Source: the human T2T-CHM13v2.0 reference genome, Homo sapiens
NCBI RefSeq assembly: GCF_009914755.1
Contig: NC_060928.1
Strand: one strand, 5' to 3'
DNA length: 64,000 nucleotides
How positions within the stretch are numbered: position 1 is the first letter of the stretch; the number at the start of each line of letters is the position of its first letter. Shown here piece by piece: positions 1 through 18,332 of this stretch. Under the pieces are notes generated by a model that was not told the origin of the DNA, ran no database searches, and saw nothing but the letters and a program-made list of their open reading frames with translations. The position numbers and the translations under genes are program-made.

Positions 1-4
1 TACT

Positions 5-210
5 ATTGCCAAGTACTTTATATGCATTTTCTCACTTAATTTTTTGGAACAACCTTATAAGGTGAGTATTTTCATTATCCGTATTTTATAAATGAGGAAA
101 CTGAGACTCAGAGAAGTTATGTGACTTGCCAAAGTCCAGAGAGCTGATAAATGACAGCTGAGACTCTAGCACAGGAAGCTGTACTAGAGTTCATTCTCAT
201 GACTATTACT
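5..210 (-). mobile_element. MIR SINE
   Basis: Contains the MIR core attttataaatgaggaaactgagactcagagaagtt...gacttgcc. Confidence 0.75.
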
Positions 211-380
211 TATAACATCTTCCCTCTTTCCTTGATTGTCCAAAAATTATAAATAAAATATTATATATGATGTTTACAATTTGTCTGAAATTTACTTCTT
301 GGGAACTGACCATGTTCACTGTGAAAAAAAATTTTAAATACCAAGGTCTCTAGTTTTTGCAAAATTTCATTATAATACAT

Positions 381-639
381 AAGAGGGACCCACACATTTC
401 AACTGCCTGTAATGTGGGGACACATGATTGTGAAGTAAATGAGATATCCAGTAAGTACCTGGCTAGGTTTCGTCACAGGTGCCAACAACGCTACTGGGCC
501 ACCAGATTCTGTCCCCATCCTGGCTCTTTCTGGCACCATATGGTAACAGTTTTTGTCAATTTAATTATTGGGGCTAGGCTTTTGGGTCTTGTGGCTGCTG
601 GCACATGTAAACAGTGTCAGTGGCTCCAATAATCGCCCA
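381..639 (+). pseudogene. Candidate first coding exon of the C4orf33 paralog (cytoplasmic tail plus transmembrane helix)
   Basis: The frame of ORF 357..632 gives KRDPHISTAC...RFRHRCQQRYWATRFCPHPGSFWHHMVTV. A +1 shift in the T-run 550-554 continues LSI*LLGLGFWVLWLLAHVNSVSGSNNRP, ending at a phase-0 donor CCA|GTTAGT (640). This matches the phase-0 acceptor of the 18879 exon. No homolog is recalled with certainty. Confidence 0.45.
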
Positions 640-949
640 GTTAGTTGGCATCCTTTCATGGGCTTAATCCAGAAAGATTGGCCACAAGAATCCTGGAGAC
701 ATGGAAACCACCTCCTGTCACTGTTTTCCCAGATGGAGTCATCCCATGATCCTTTCTTCTTTCTTTCACTCTGTCCTCTATAAGATTGTCCCCCTCTCTT
801 CCATAGAAGAAGATAAAGAACCTTTGCCTTAGGACTCTTAACCCCAAAATCAATTTTGAGTATAGTAGATGATCTGTTGGTTTCTATCTTCTCCCTAGTC
901 ACCTTTCCCTCTAAAATGGGAGTGGACTAAGGCTTTACAAGCTTCAGTG

Positions 950-1690
950 TAAAAATAAAACTTAAAAAAATTTAAAAACTTAAATGAGAAAATGTGGTGA
1001 AACATCTTTGTGATATTGGGCAGGGGAAAAGATTCTCTAATCAAGACCCCAAAGTTCTGATCAGAATGAAAAATATTATTAGATTTGACTACAGTGGAAT
1101 AGCAGCTCCATGTTCAGGGGAGGTCGTGATAGACAAACTGGAAAGAAAGAGGTTAGATTGAGAAAACTCACACAACATTTAGAAGCAGTAAGCAATACAA
1201 AGACTTCCTACAAATCAGCTATGAAAACCAAAAGGAAAATTAGCAAACGAAATGAACAGGCACTTTATAGACAGGGAAACTGAAGAGACAAATAAGCATA
1301 TGAAAAATGTTCTAACTGACAAATAACCATTCTGTCCTATAAATAAAATATATTCCTGTTAGGGAATAAAGTATAACATCAAATAATGTTAAATGCTGGT
1401 GAGAATGTGAGGCAATAGGACTTTAATCTATGGCTGGTGAAATTGTGACCAGCACAGCTCCTCTGGCCAGCAAATTGTCACACCTGTTCAGGATACATAT
1501 TTTCCCCTGACCCGGAACTCCCACTACTGAGTACAGCACCCCAGGTGTCACCACCGGGCCACAGAAGACAGGAGCCAAGATCTTAATCACACTGTACTTT
1601 CTTGTAGGGAAGCCTTGGGCCAACTTAGGGTTCTTCAATAGTGGGATTAATGAATGAAATTGAGTCTGTAGAGAGTACAGAAGAAACAAT
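950..1690 (+). mobile_element. Old L1M (L1ME-like) 3' fragment
   Basis: Degenerate L1 ORF2 3'-end motifs (aaacatctttgtgatattggg, atgaaaaatgttc, atgctggtgagaatgtg). Boundaries approximate. Confidence 0.6.
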
Positions 1691-2134
1691 AACAGCCAAT
1701 ATTCACACAGTGCTTATGATACGTTCTAATGCATACATGTATTAATTAATAACAGCCATTTATTATTAATGTTCCCATGTTATAGGTCAAGACACAAGAG
1801 GTGTAGAGAAATCAGGAGAATAGCCTGGCTCAGAGCAGGGGAGCCAGGTCGGCACTCTGCCCCCAATAGTCTGTGTTCCAGCCACTGAAGGAATTGCAAG
1901 GGGATGGAATGAGATGAGAAGCAATCCCCAAACAGCAATTTCCATCATGTTCATATAATGGCAAGGGATGAGGAGCCCTATCAGATATCCAGCGAGATGA
2001 GACATTCAGGGTGATGAGGCATCCAGGGTGGAGGGTTCTTCCTAAAAGTGAATCTTACAAGGAAATACAGATGGACTTAGGAAAAGGTTTAAGAGCCTGA
2101 CTAAAGTTTGGTTAAGTGAAGAATCATGATCACA

Positions 2135-2210
2135 TCTCTATCTGTCTGTCTGTCTATCTACCCATTTCTATCTCTGTTGATCTATCATCTACTTATCATC
2201 TATCTGTCTA
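2135..2210. repeat. Degenerate (TCTA)n microsatellite
   Basis: tctatctgtctgtctgtctatcta...atcatctatctg. Confidence 0.7.
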
Positions 2211-2442
2211 ATCAAAGCTGCAGAAATTTCATTGATTCCATATTGAGTAATTTTATGGGGATCACAGAAAAAAATAACATTTCTTTATTCTTTTTCATTT
2301 GTCCCTAATCTCTCTAAGTTCCACTAATCAGAACCTCAAACCTTAATGACATTGATGTCAACTTCCTGGTATAAAATAAGGCATAAAATAAAATTTCCAT
2401 GTCTTTTGTTGTTGCCCTAATGTTCCATCTTTCATGTATTTC

Positions 2443-2742
2443 TTTTCTTTTTTTGTTTTTTTGAGACAGAGTTTCACTCTCGTTGCCCAGGCTGGAGTGA
2501 AAGGCGTGATCTCGGCTCACTGCAACCTCCGCCTCCCAGGTTAAAGTGATTCTCCTGCCTCAGCCTCTTGAGTAGCTGGGATTACAGGCATGTGCCACCA
2601 CGCCCGGCTAATTTTGTATTTTTAGTAGAGACAGGGTTTCTCCATGTTGGTCAGGGTGGTCTTGAACTCCCAACCTCAGGTGGTCTGCCCGCCTTGGCCT
2701 CCCAAAGTGCTGGGATTACAGGCATGAGCCACTGTGCCTAGA
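2443..2742 (-). mobile_element. Alu (AluSp-like)
   Basis: Full Alu with TSD catctttcRtgtatttc. Confidence 0.95.
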
Positions 2743-2784
2743 CATCTTTCGTGTATTTCTGAGTATATTTGTACCATTTTCAAA

Positions 2785-4350
2785 TACAGTCCTGCACTGC
2801 ATAATGACATTTTGGTCAACAACAGACCACACATAAGACAGTGGTCCCATAAGATTATAATGGAACTATCACATATAGCACCATCATTACAACATCTGTT
2901 GTAATGTCACAGTGTTATGCATTACTTACATGTTTGTGGTGATGTGGGTGTGAACATAAAATTATGTATGGTGCATAATGCTTGATGAAAATAACAAATG
3001 ATGATGTTAATGTTCTATGTATTTACTATTCTACAGTTTGTATTGTTATTTTAGAGTATATGCTTACTACTTATTTTTTTTTAAGTTAACTATGAAACAA
3101 CCTCAGGCAGGTCCTTCAGGAGGTTTCCAGAAGAAGGCATTATTATCATAGGAGATGACAACTCCATTGTTGTGGGAAGTCAGGGACCCCGAACGGAGGG
3201 ACCGGCTGGAGCCACGGCAGAGGAACATAAATTGTGAAGATTTCATTTTAATATGGACATTTATCAGTTTCCAAATAATACTTTTATAATTTCTCATGCC
3301 TGTCTTTACTTTTATCTCTTAATCCTGTTATCTTTGTAAGCTGATGATGTACGTCACCTCAGGACCACTGTGATAATTGTGTTAACTGTACAAATTGATT
3401 GTCAAACATGTGTGTTTGAAAAATATGAAATCAGTGCACCTGGAAAAAGAACAGAATAACAGCAATTTTTAGGGAACAAGGGAAGACAACCATAAAGTCT
3501 GACTGCCTGTGGGGTCAGGCAAAAAGAGCCATATTTTTCTACTTGCAGAGAGCCTATAAACAGATGTACAAGTAGGAGAAATATCACTAAATTATTTTCC
3601 TAGCAAGGAATATTGGTATTAATACCCTGGGAAAGGAATGCATTCCTGTGGGGAGGTCTATAAATGGCCACCCTGGGAGTGTCTGTCTTATGTGGTTGAG
3701 ATAAGGACTGAGATATGCCCTGGGTCTCCTGCAGTACCCTCAGGCTTACTAGCGTGGAGAAAAACTCCATCCTGGTAAATTTGTGATCAGACCAATTCTC
3801 TGCTCTCGAACCCTGTTTTCTGTTGTTTAAGATGTTTATCAAGACAATATGTACACCACTGAACATAGACCCTTATCAGTAGTTCTGCTTTTTGCCCTTT
3901 GAAGCATGTGATCTTTGTATCTACTCTCTGTTTTTACACCCCCTCCCCTTTTGAAACCCTTAATAAAAAACTTGCTGGTTTGAGGCTCAGGTGGGCATCA
4001 CCATCCTACCTATATGTAATGTCACCCCCGGCAGCCCAGCTGTAAAATTCCTCGTTTTGTACTCTTTCTCTTTATTTCTCAGCCGGCTGACACTTTCGGA
4101 AAATAGAAAGAACCTATGTTGAAATATTGGGGGCAGGTTCCCCCATTACTCTATGCATGTTACTGCCCCTGAAGACCTTCCAGTGGGACAAGATGTGGAG
4201 GTGGAGGACAGTGCTATTGATGATACTGACCCTGTTTGTGTTTGTGTCTTGGTTTTATAAAAAAGTTTTAAAAGTAAAATAAATAAATAATAGAAAAAAG
4301 CTTGTAGAATAAGGTTATAAAGAAATAAAATATTTTTGTACAGCTATATA
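2785..4350. mobile_element. Tigger3/MER7-like DNA transposon, interrupted by MER11
   Basis: Starts with ta-cagtcctgcactgcataatgacattttggtcaac and resumes after the LTR at 4149. Confidence 0.7.
3168..4148 (+). mobile_element. MER11 solo LTR (ERVK/HML-8)
   Basis: Runs tgttgtgggaagtcagggaccccgaacggagggaccggctgg ... ttcccccatta; 6-bp TSD ctccat/ctctat. Confidence 0.88.
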
Positions 4351-4359
4351 ATTTGTGTG

Positions 4360-4482
4360 GTTTTTTGTTTGTTTATTTGTTTGAGACAGGGTCTCACTCT
4401 GTCACCCAGGCTGGAGTGCAGTGGCACAATCACAACTCACTGCAGCCTTGACCTCCTGGGGCCCAGGGATCCTCCCGCCTCA
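4360..4482 (-). mobile_element. Truncated AluJ/FLAM fragment
   Basis: tgagacagggtctcactctgtcacccaggctggagtgcagtggc... ends abruptly at the minisatellite. Confidence 0.85.
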
Positions 4483-5040
4483 GAAAGACACCAGTCCTCC
4501 AGGTAGACATCAGGTCCCAGGTGGACACTGGACTCAAGGTGTACATCAGGGTGCCAAGTTGACAACCAGGTCCCAAATAGACAGCAAGGCCCTTGGTGGA
4601 CATTAGGCCCATGTTGAATACCAGACTCATGTAGACATCTACCATGCCTTAGGTAGATACATAGGCTCCAGGTGGACATTAGACACACAGTCCCCAAGTG
4701 ATCATCAGGACCCCGGTGAAAACTGAGGCCTTAGGTGCATATCAGGCCTTAAGTGGACACCCAAGCCCCAGGTTGATCCCCAGGTCCGAGGTGATTACCA
4801 GGCCCCAGGTGGACACCAGGCCTCAGGTGAACAACAGGATCCAGTAGGCCATCAGGCCCCAGCTGGATACCAGTCTCCAGGTGAACACAAGGTCCCAAGT
4901 GGGACATAAGCCCAAGGCAGACATCAGGCCCAGGTGGACACACAAGCCCCAGGTGGAAATCAGGCCTGAGGAGAACATCTGGCTCCTGGTGGACATCAGG
5001 TGCAGGCATACAAGCAGGCCCTGGGTAGACATAACTATGT
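4483..5040. repeat. Degenerate ~18-19 bp minisatellite, consensus about CCAGGTGGACATCAGGCC, ~30 units
   Basis: Repeated ccaggtggacac/ccaggtagacatcagg units lie directly upstream of the CDRT15-like exon 1. Confidence 0.9.
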
Positions 5041-5264
5041 ATAGGTAAGGAGTTGACCTGGGGGGAGGGTGAACAGTCAGCACCTCAGTGGGGTCCTGAG
5101 CAGGTCTTATGGAAGGAAGGGGCCAAGAGGATGGAAACTTAAGCGACCTCACTTCCTTGATGACAGACCTGAACAGAAGAAGATAACTCTGGTAACCAGG
5201 CGCCCATATCTTAGACTCAGCCCTGTAGCCAGCTCACTTGGTGGGAGTCGCTCAGGAGAGGAAG

Positions 5265-6257
<993 letters not shown>

Positions 6258-6759
6258 CAGGTGGGTGGGGGATGCAGGGGCCAGGGGGGCATCTCCAAAG
6301 GATATAGGAACTGAAGCTTCCAAATTCACCACTTGTGCCCTGGGGTCTCCATGCCGCCACCTGTCCTAAGATTTATTCATAATATCAGAATTACAAGTTT
6401 CTAAAATGACATTTTAATAAAGTTTGACTTTTTGAAACTTCATGCCTTCTTAACTCATGTGAGATGGTGTTCTTGAGGCTATCCTGAAAATCTCTGATAG
6501 TTGTGTGTTTTTGTTGTGGTTGTTTGTGTGATTGAATTACTATCGAATCAACTGTCATTGGAAACCTTTCAGGTATGGCTTTTAGAAGACCTTGACCTAC
6601 TTTTGCCTGTTTTGACTGTCTGGTTTATTGTGAAAAGAGGGATCATGTAGGTTAATTTCTCCAGCAGACCAATCACCTTTTGCCATCAAAGATTTGGCAT
6701 CAGAGTTTCCACAAATTATGTGTACAAGTTGATATGTTGGCACTTTAGCTAATCTAGGG

Positions 6760-7085
6760 GCCAAAACAGAAGGTCATAGACTAGGTAGCGTACAAACAAA
6801 TTTATTTCTTACAGTTCTGGAGATGGTAAAACCCAAGCTGAAGTGGTCAGCAGATTCTGTGTCTGGTGAGGGCTGGCTTCCTCGTTCATAGACAGTCATG
6901 TTTCTACCGTGTCCTCACATGACAGAAGAGATGAAGGAGCTCTCTGTGGTCCTTTAATAGGGGCATGAATCTCATTCATGAAGTCTCTGCCTTCTTGACC
7001 TAATCACCTCCCAAGGCCCCACCCCCAAATACCATCACATAGGGAATAAGATTTCAACACATGAATTTGAGTTTATAGCATCAGG
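6760..7085 (-). mobile_element. MaLR LTR (MLT1A/MST-like)
   Basis: atttatttcttacagttctggag...gtgtctggtgagggc...taatcacctcccaaggcccc...accatcacat. Confidence 0.8.
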
Positions 7086-7161
7086 TCATCCTGATCCATA
7101 TGCACTCACAGGAAATCTATAATCTTCTATAATTATTTGCTGGTCCCTTCTGGGTTTAGGA

Positions 7162-11910
<4,749 letters not shown>

Positions 11911-12865
11911 TTAAAAATTAGGAAATAAACAAAAAGTTTATTTTCTTTTATTAAAAACTGAGTTTAAAATAATTATGATACTCATGGACACTTATATTTT
12001 CCCTTATAGTCTTTACATATTAAATACTTTGACGGCTTTTTATTTTTATCACCATTACACATGGTTAACTTGTTCACTTGAAAAGAAGAACGGGAAAAAG
12101 TTGCTGTCCTGGAGAACATTCTTTCCACTTCTGCATAACCCACATTTAACTTCTAAAACATTAATTACATTTGCAGTGAGGCAAACAGAAAATGTTAGAA
12201 GGGCAGTCAAACCTTATGTATTAGGGATAAGCTGGTGGCCTTTTAGTGCAGAGAATGCACAATTATGCTGTCCATTGCATATTATTTTTCATTAATGTCT
12301 TTGAAGCAGCTCTAACAATGCAGAGCAGCTGATTGTACCTCCTTTAAACTTTCCCTCTCTCCCCCTTCCAACTGACCCTATGCCTCAGGTCACAAAATTT
12401 TTCACTGCCTATTATTGCAGAAATATTTTCACTGGCAATTCCAATGGTGAAGTCCAATTGCAGTGGTTCTCAATTGTACCTCTTAAAACTTATAACAGCA
12501 TGGTTGCCATGTGCTTATAGCTGAGGAAATAATGGCATTCTAAATAGTTATCCAACAGTTTGTTCCAGATCCATAATTATGTATACCAAAATAAATCCAT
12601 CTCAATTTAATGTGGGGTGATACATAGCTTTACATATGTAGTTGAAGTCTTTGTGAAAGCATGCAAATACATGTATGACTTTAAGTAACTTTGACAGTTA
12701 TCCTAGCTGAGCACTATCAATTTGCTAAAATTATTTTAAAATACTTATCATATACTTATCATTTAAACCTTGAATGTTGAACTCTTATCATCAGTATTTC
12801 CTGAAATGGCATTTAGAACCATTTGATCGTGGTGTTTTTCTAGGACATTGTTTCTTCCTGCTTTT

Positions 12866-12882
12866 TGCCACTAGATGGAAGA
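12866..12882 (+). promoter_or_regulatory. Candidate CTCF site
   Basis: tgCCACTAGATGGAaga is one mismatch from the CCACTAGATGGC core. Motif evidence only. Confidence 0.35.
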
Positions 12883-15150
12883 AGCAGGTTAACAAAATGA
12901 TATTTTTGGTGCTTCATTCAACTCTACCAAGAAACACCACATAACTGTGTTTAAAATACTGACAACCTCAGCATGCTTTTATTTATCTATTTTTACTGCA
13001 TTATTCTTTTTGCGTGAATACTGGATCTAAGAACTGTATTTTTGTAGAGGTTAATTTTCTTTTTATTATTTTGATTACTGGAAATTTCAAAAGTAACCAA
13101 GAAAGAAAACAATTGCCAGCTGGAAGAGGAAAGGTAAGAATTATATAAAAACATCCATAACAGGTATGCCACAAAGTAATTCTTAGCATGCATTATTGCC
13201 AAGGAAGCACACAGTATTGCCCTTGTTGAAGACAGTGGACTAGGTGCTGTGAAACACACAAGAAATGACTTGGGTACAGCTCCTATTTATAAAATTTTTA
13301 CATTCTAGAAGAGAGCTAAGCAAGAGGTAAGCCAAATGAATTTACACATACTCTTAGAATAAGGTAGAGATGGATAAATATCAAAATCACAGATATAATA
13401 TTTGGGATGTACATGGTAGGTGGGGAGGGAGGTTTGGAATATCACTTTTATCTGAGAACATCAGGGATCACTTCAGGAAGAAACTGGATCCTTGAAGTAG
13501 GAGGGACAGAGAATAGCATTACAGTGATAGAGGCAGAATGAACAAAGGCACAGAGGCAGGAAACGACAATTTAAAAAATATTTAAAGATGAAAGGATAGT
13601 ACATTTTAAAATAATTTAAAAGCTTGCGTAGAGAGGACATTGTAAGTGGTACTTTTTAAGCAGATGATAGATACAGGAAGTATACTTACAAACTAAGGTA
13701 CCATCTAAGAGAAGCACCTTAGATGCTGGGAAAGTGAAGTTTCAGCTTGGAAATGGAAGGTCACCCAGGTTGAAAGAACCTGGAAATGGAAATTCTAGCT
13801 TCCATTTGATGCCAGTGTTTTATCAGATGTAGGCTTACTGTACACATGGTTCTATCAATTGTTGGGAAGATTCCACAAGGGAAATATACGTTTTGACTTA
13901 CAAAGGCAGCTTTCTGTGGCTTCTATTCACCTTCACTAATCTTAAGCATGCTTAAAAGAAGACAAAGGTGGTAAACATTGTCATTTGACTCCAAGAAACC
14001 AATATTTAACCCGTAAGGCTGCATGTTTTACTATCTACCTCCTTACCTAGCAGTATATTCATATGGATGATCAAAGAATTCTATTCCAGCCACTAAAGGC
14101 AATGATCTTGAGCCCTGATATTATGAGTGGCTATAAAATTATCCAGCTTTTAAATCCAACCACAGAATGTGATTTTATGACCTTCTGTGGAAGTGTAGCT
14201 ATAGGTTAACTAAAGGTTATGAAGTAATATTTCCTTTTTATAGTTCTGAATTCACTGGCTTGTAATTTCAGAGATCACCTTGTTCTATAGTGGGACAAGC
14301 TTTACAGTATTATAATTTTGTATAACCCAATGAAGACCTTGTAACTTTTTCTTTTCCGAATTCAGATTTTTACATTTTTCCTATGATATTGTTTGTATCT
14401 AGTTCACCATTTTAATTGCTAAAATTACACATAGGAGACTATATAATTTTTTTGGCTCTGGAGTAAAGACTTTATATAATTTTAAGTCTCATTTACGTAC
14501 TTTGTTCTATATCTTGCTTACAAGTAAGATGTAGTTAAAACTTAAATATTATTTTACATCTTACTGGGTAAAAATGCTGTTCATTAAATCTTACTTAAAT
14601 TTGATATATGTGTGATACTATATAGGATTATTAGATTACCTAAAAATTATATATATACTTTTATATAGATATCATTTCAAATTAATAAATTTTGATTATA
14701 AACCTCACTTTTTATTATAAAAAGTAACTTGTATCAATAGTTCTCTCTATATGCTAATTTTTCTGGATTCAAAGTAAATATCCTAGTGATTTTAACATAC
14801 CTACATCATCCATGTTTGAACCTAATTAAAGTTAATAATTTTATTTTGCTGACCCTTCATATCCTTTATAAAATATAAGCTGATTGTCCTACTAAGAGAA
14901 GATGCCAGTTTGATTTTACGATATTTTCTGCCTATCTACAATTAAAATCTTTAAATATCATAACTCAGTGGTAGTATTAGATATAAAAATATATAATTTC
15001 AAATGGATTTGTCAGAAGGATAAAAAAAATGGCCACAGAAACCTACATGAATTATTGCTTATCTTTTAGGGCCCTGTATATGTAGGCAAGGTAGCGAATA
15101 GAGGCAACTATTTGAAAAAAGGTGGGCAAAATGTAAAATCCTACAGTTGA

Positions 15151-15214
15151 AGAAATGATACAGCAAGGAGTTTTTAGCCTACAGAAATGATACAGCAAGG
15201 AGTTTTTAGCCTAC
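15151..15214. repeat. Perfect 32-bp tandem duplication
   Basis: agaaatgatacagcaaggagtttttagcctac occurs twice in tandem. Confidence 0.95.
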
Positions 15215-15812
15215 TTACCCAAACTGTGTATTTACATTGATTCTATTGACCTAATATAATCGCACAACTCTTGTAATTCTTTGCCCTTATAGATGAAAGG
15301 GGAACATCTTGAAATAAAATTCTCTAATTCTGATACAACTCAGCCCTAACTTTAATGTTGCTTGGTTTCCTATTATTCTGATTTGAAAATCATTAGTAAT
15401 TTTCCTGTAGAGAGTTTTAAAAATGAAATCTGTCAGAAAAAGGTTATATAGCTGAACAAAACCTGTCCATTAAAAGAGTGTTATCTGCTCCTTTATTGAC
15501 TTTTAGAAGTGTATTTCTTTCAGTTTAGAGAAATTTGATTTTGCCTTTCAGGAATCATACCGTTTTTGGCCAAATAAAACCTCTTTGTTACTATAGGTTG
15601 TAGGATATTCCTCTGTGGAAACCTAATTTAAAAAACAAAAAACAAAAATCAACTCATTGGGTCAAATTCTGTTTTATGTAGTGCTGGCATAAAGTGGGAA
15701 TTTCATAAATTTAACAGAAAGCTGACTAAGCAGTTGAGAATTTGGTAAGCATCAAGCTATTTTAGAATACACCAGCAGTTGAGCATTAGGGTGTCTACAA
15801 ATGTTTTTTTTT

Positions 15813-15866
15813 TGTGTGTATGTGTGTGTGTGTGTATATATATACATATATATTCATATATATATG
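15813..15866. repeat. (TG)n(TA)n microsatellite
   Basis: Seen directly in the sequence. Confidence 0.85.
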
Positions 15867-17047
15867 AATCTTGCTTAAGACGTTTCATACCAGAGAACAT
15901 TTGATTACCAGAATTTTAAAAATGTCTTATTTGTCCACACATACTCATTTTTATTGTGTTTCATACATTTTCTGGTTAACATTTGATATTTCCAAACTAC
16001 ATAGCAAAACAAGTGAAATTTCATACTAAATTTAAAATTATTTTGACATTTTGAACTTTTACTGAAGGTGACAGTTTTACTGAAATTTGCGAGTTGCTAG
16101 AAGAATGCCTTTGACCATGTTGGGATGTTAGAAAGAACATAATCTATTTATAAAAAGAGGAAAAAAATAAATAGAATACATTTTAAAAATCATTCTAATT
16201 CTATTTCTAAGCAAAAGTAGCTCAGAGTTAGGCACAATTTGGGAATGTTTAGGAGCAAATGAACAATCATACCACTGACTATATGGAGTTTTAAACTTTT
16301 TTGCACACAAATTTCTTCTGCTTTTACGATGGGATAGTTTTCTAAATGGCTGTTTAGACCAATGTTTTATCATAATTTATTCTTGGCTTTAAATTTTGTT
16401 TTCTTTTCTTTAGTCAGAGTCAGTTTGGTTAATTTTCTCTACATAATGGGGAATGAATAATTTAAAAGACTTGAATGTATTCTGCACTAGGAAATTCAAG
16501 AAGTATTATGTTGTAGCGAGAAAATAGAGTTCTATTGAATTGAGTTCAATTGTATTCTTTAAGATCCTTTTGTCTTATAAACATTGCATAAGAACCATTG
16601 GAAATAAAGACTATAACTTTGAAAATAAAACCTTACCAGTGTAGTTAGGAGAAATCGGGATAGAAACAAATAATTAATAAATAAAATAAATTTGGATTAA
16701 GACTTCAGATTTCTCAGAGTGTTTTGGTTTTTCTATACATCTTCCATAGTGATTTTTCTAAAACATAAAACTTGTCAGTAAATTCCCTGCTTACAACCTT
16801 CAGTGGTCCACATGGCTTCAGCATAAACTCGAATGTCAGCTCAGTGATCTGCACCCCTTCTGCCAACATCACTTCTTTCATCACGCCCCATCCACCATGT
16901 CCCTTATGCTCCGTTTATCTCCTATCTCCCCTCAGCTATCTCATGGTTCTGGGCTTTTGTTCATGCTATTTCCTCCATTTGTAACATAACTGTTTCCTTT
17001 CCTGTTCTGTTCCTGCACATCCTGTGAGGTCTTTGCTGGCACTCCCG

Positions 17048-17592
17048 TGTTGGAGGCGGAAAGAGTGAGGGTCGTGATCAACTCAGTATACCACTGGAGG
17101 CTACATAAGTAAGCAACAAACTGTTCTCATAAATGCAGAATGTTGGCAAACTGACAAACTGCGTCTGCCGCCCAGAAAGACTGCTGAGGTCAGTCACAAC
17201 CCAGGCGCAAGTGGTTCCTACGATTAGGCGTAATTGAAGCCTGTTAGTAACAATATGAACCTGTGATCAATTAAGCAGCTGACCAATCGTTACCTCCTCC
17301 TCCCTGCTCTTGTTACCCAATAAGGGCTGTAGATGCTTAGGCGGCTGCCTTTGCTCATTAGAAGCAGGGAGTCTTTCTTCTCTCCTTCTCTCTTCTTCCC
17401 CATGCTAGCCTTTCCTTAAAATAGTTACTTTTGTCTTAAGTTTTCATGTCTTCTTTAAAACAGTTTCTTTTGTATTAAGTTTTCATTTCTGCGTTCGTCC
17501 CTTCCTTCAGTCTTGTAATGACGGTCCCAAGCAGTAACAGTAGTAACTGCTATAGTGACAGTCTCAGGTAGTAACCCTGGCAGTCAGCCACA
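17048..17592 (+). mobile_element. LTR3 solo LTR (ERVK/HML-6), inserted in an L2-like remnant
   Basis: tgttggaggcggaaagagtgagggtcgtgatcaactcagtataccactggagg...cagccaca; 6-bp TSD ctcccg/ctctcg. Confidence 0.8.
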
Positions 17593-18045
17593 CTCTCGCT
17601 CTTGCAGCTCCCACCATCAGAACTAGAGGCCCCGTGCTCTGTGTGCCCCTACTTCTATTAAGGCACTTTTCATGCTGTTTTCTCACATGTTGCTCACAGT
17701 TGTGTGTTTTTCCATTAGATTGTGAGTCATCTAAGTCCAAGGGACAGGTCTTGTTTTTGTAACTTCATCATCTAGAACAAAAAAGTCATGATGTTTATTA
17801 ATTGATTAGCACTTGCTAAGCATTCAATATATACCTAGGTCAGAACAACATTCTATTACATTTTGGGAGGGTACATAAAAGTCAGCAGCTAGCATAGAAT
17901 GTGAGCAATAAATGCTAACTGAGGCGATTACTTTCAGCTTTCAAAAAAATTGAAATTAAAATAGGCAAAATAAGCATCCATAAGATAGTTACATTAAATA
18001 TATGTATTTTCCTTTCTTGTGCAGCTCAAGTTCCAGGAGGCTTTT

Positions 18046-18049
18046 TTTC

Positions 18050-18083
<34 letters not shown>

Positions 18084-18332
18084 AAGACGGAGTCTCACTC
18101 TGTCACCCAGGCAGGAGTAGTGCAGTGGCGCGATCTCGGCTCACTGCAAGCTCCGCCTCCCGGGTTCACGCCATTCTCCTGCCTCAGCCTCTCGGGAGTA
18201 GCTGGGAGTACAGGCGCCTGCCACCACACCGGCCTAATCTTTTATGTTTTTAGTAGAGACGGTGTTTCACCGTGTTAGCCAGGATGGTCTCGATCTCCTG
18301 ACCTCGTGATCCGCCCACCTTGGCCTCCCAAA
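18046..18332 (-). mobile_element. AluY, slightly 5'-truncated
   Basis: AluY diagnostics (gcaagctccgcctcccgggttcacgccattc, ccgtgttagccaggatgg); TSD ccaggaggctttt. Confidence 0.93.

Noticed and set aside
4421-5152. Several repetitive ORFs; superficially CRISPR-like periodicity
   Set aside because: These are products of a degenerate minisatellite with no unique spacers, in eukaryotic DNA.
13720-13960. Coding-looking unique stretch as a possible extra exon
   Set aside because: The three + strand frames checked all contain stops, with no recognisable homology and no convincing splice pair.
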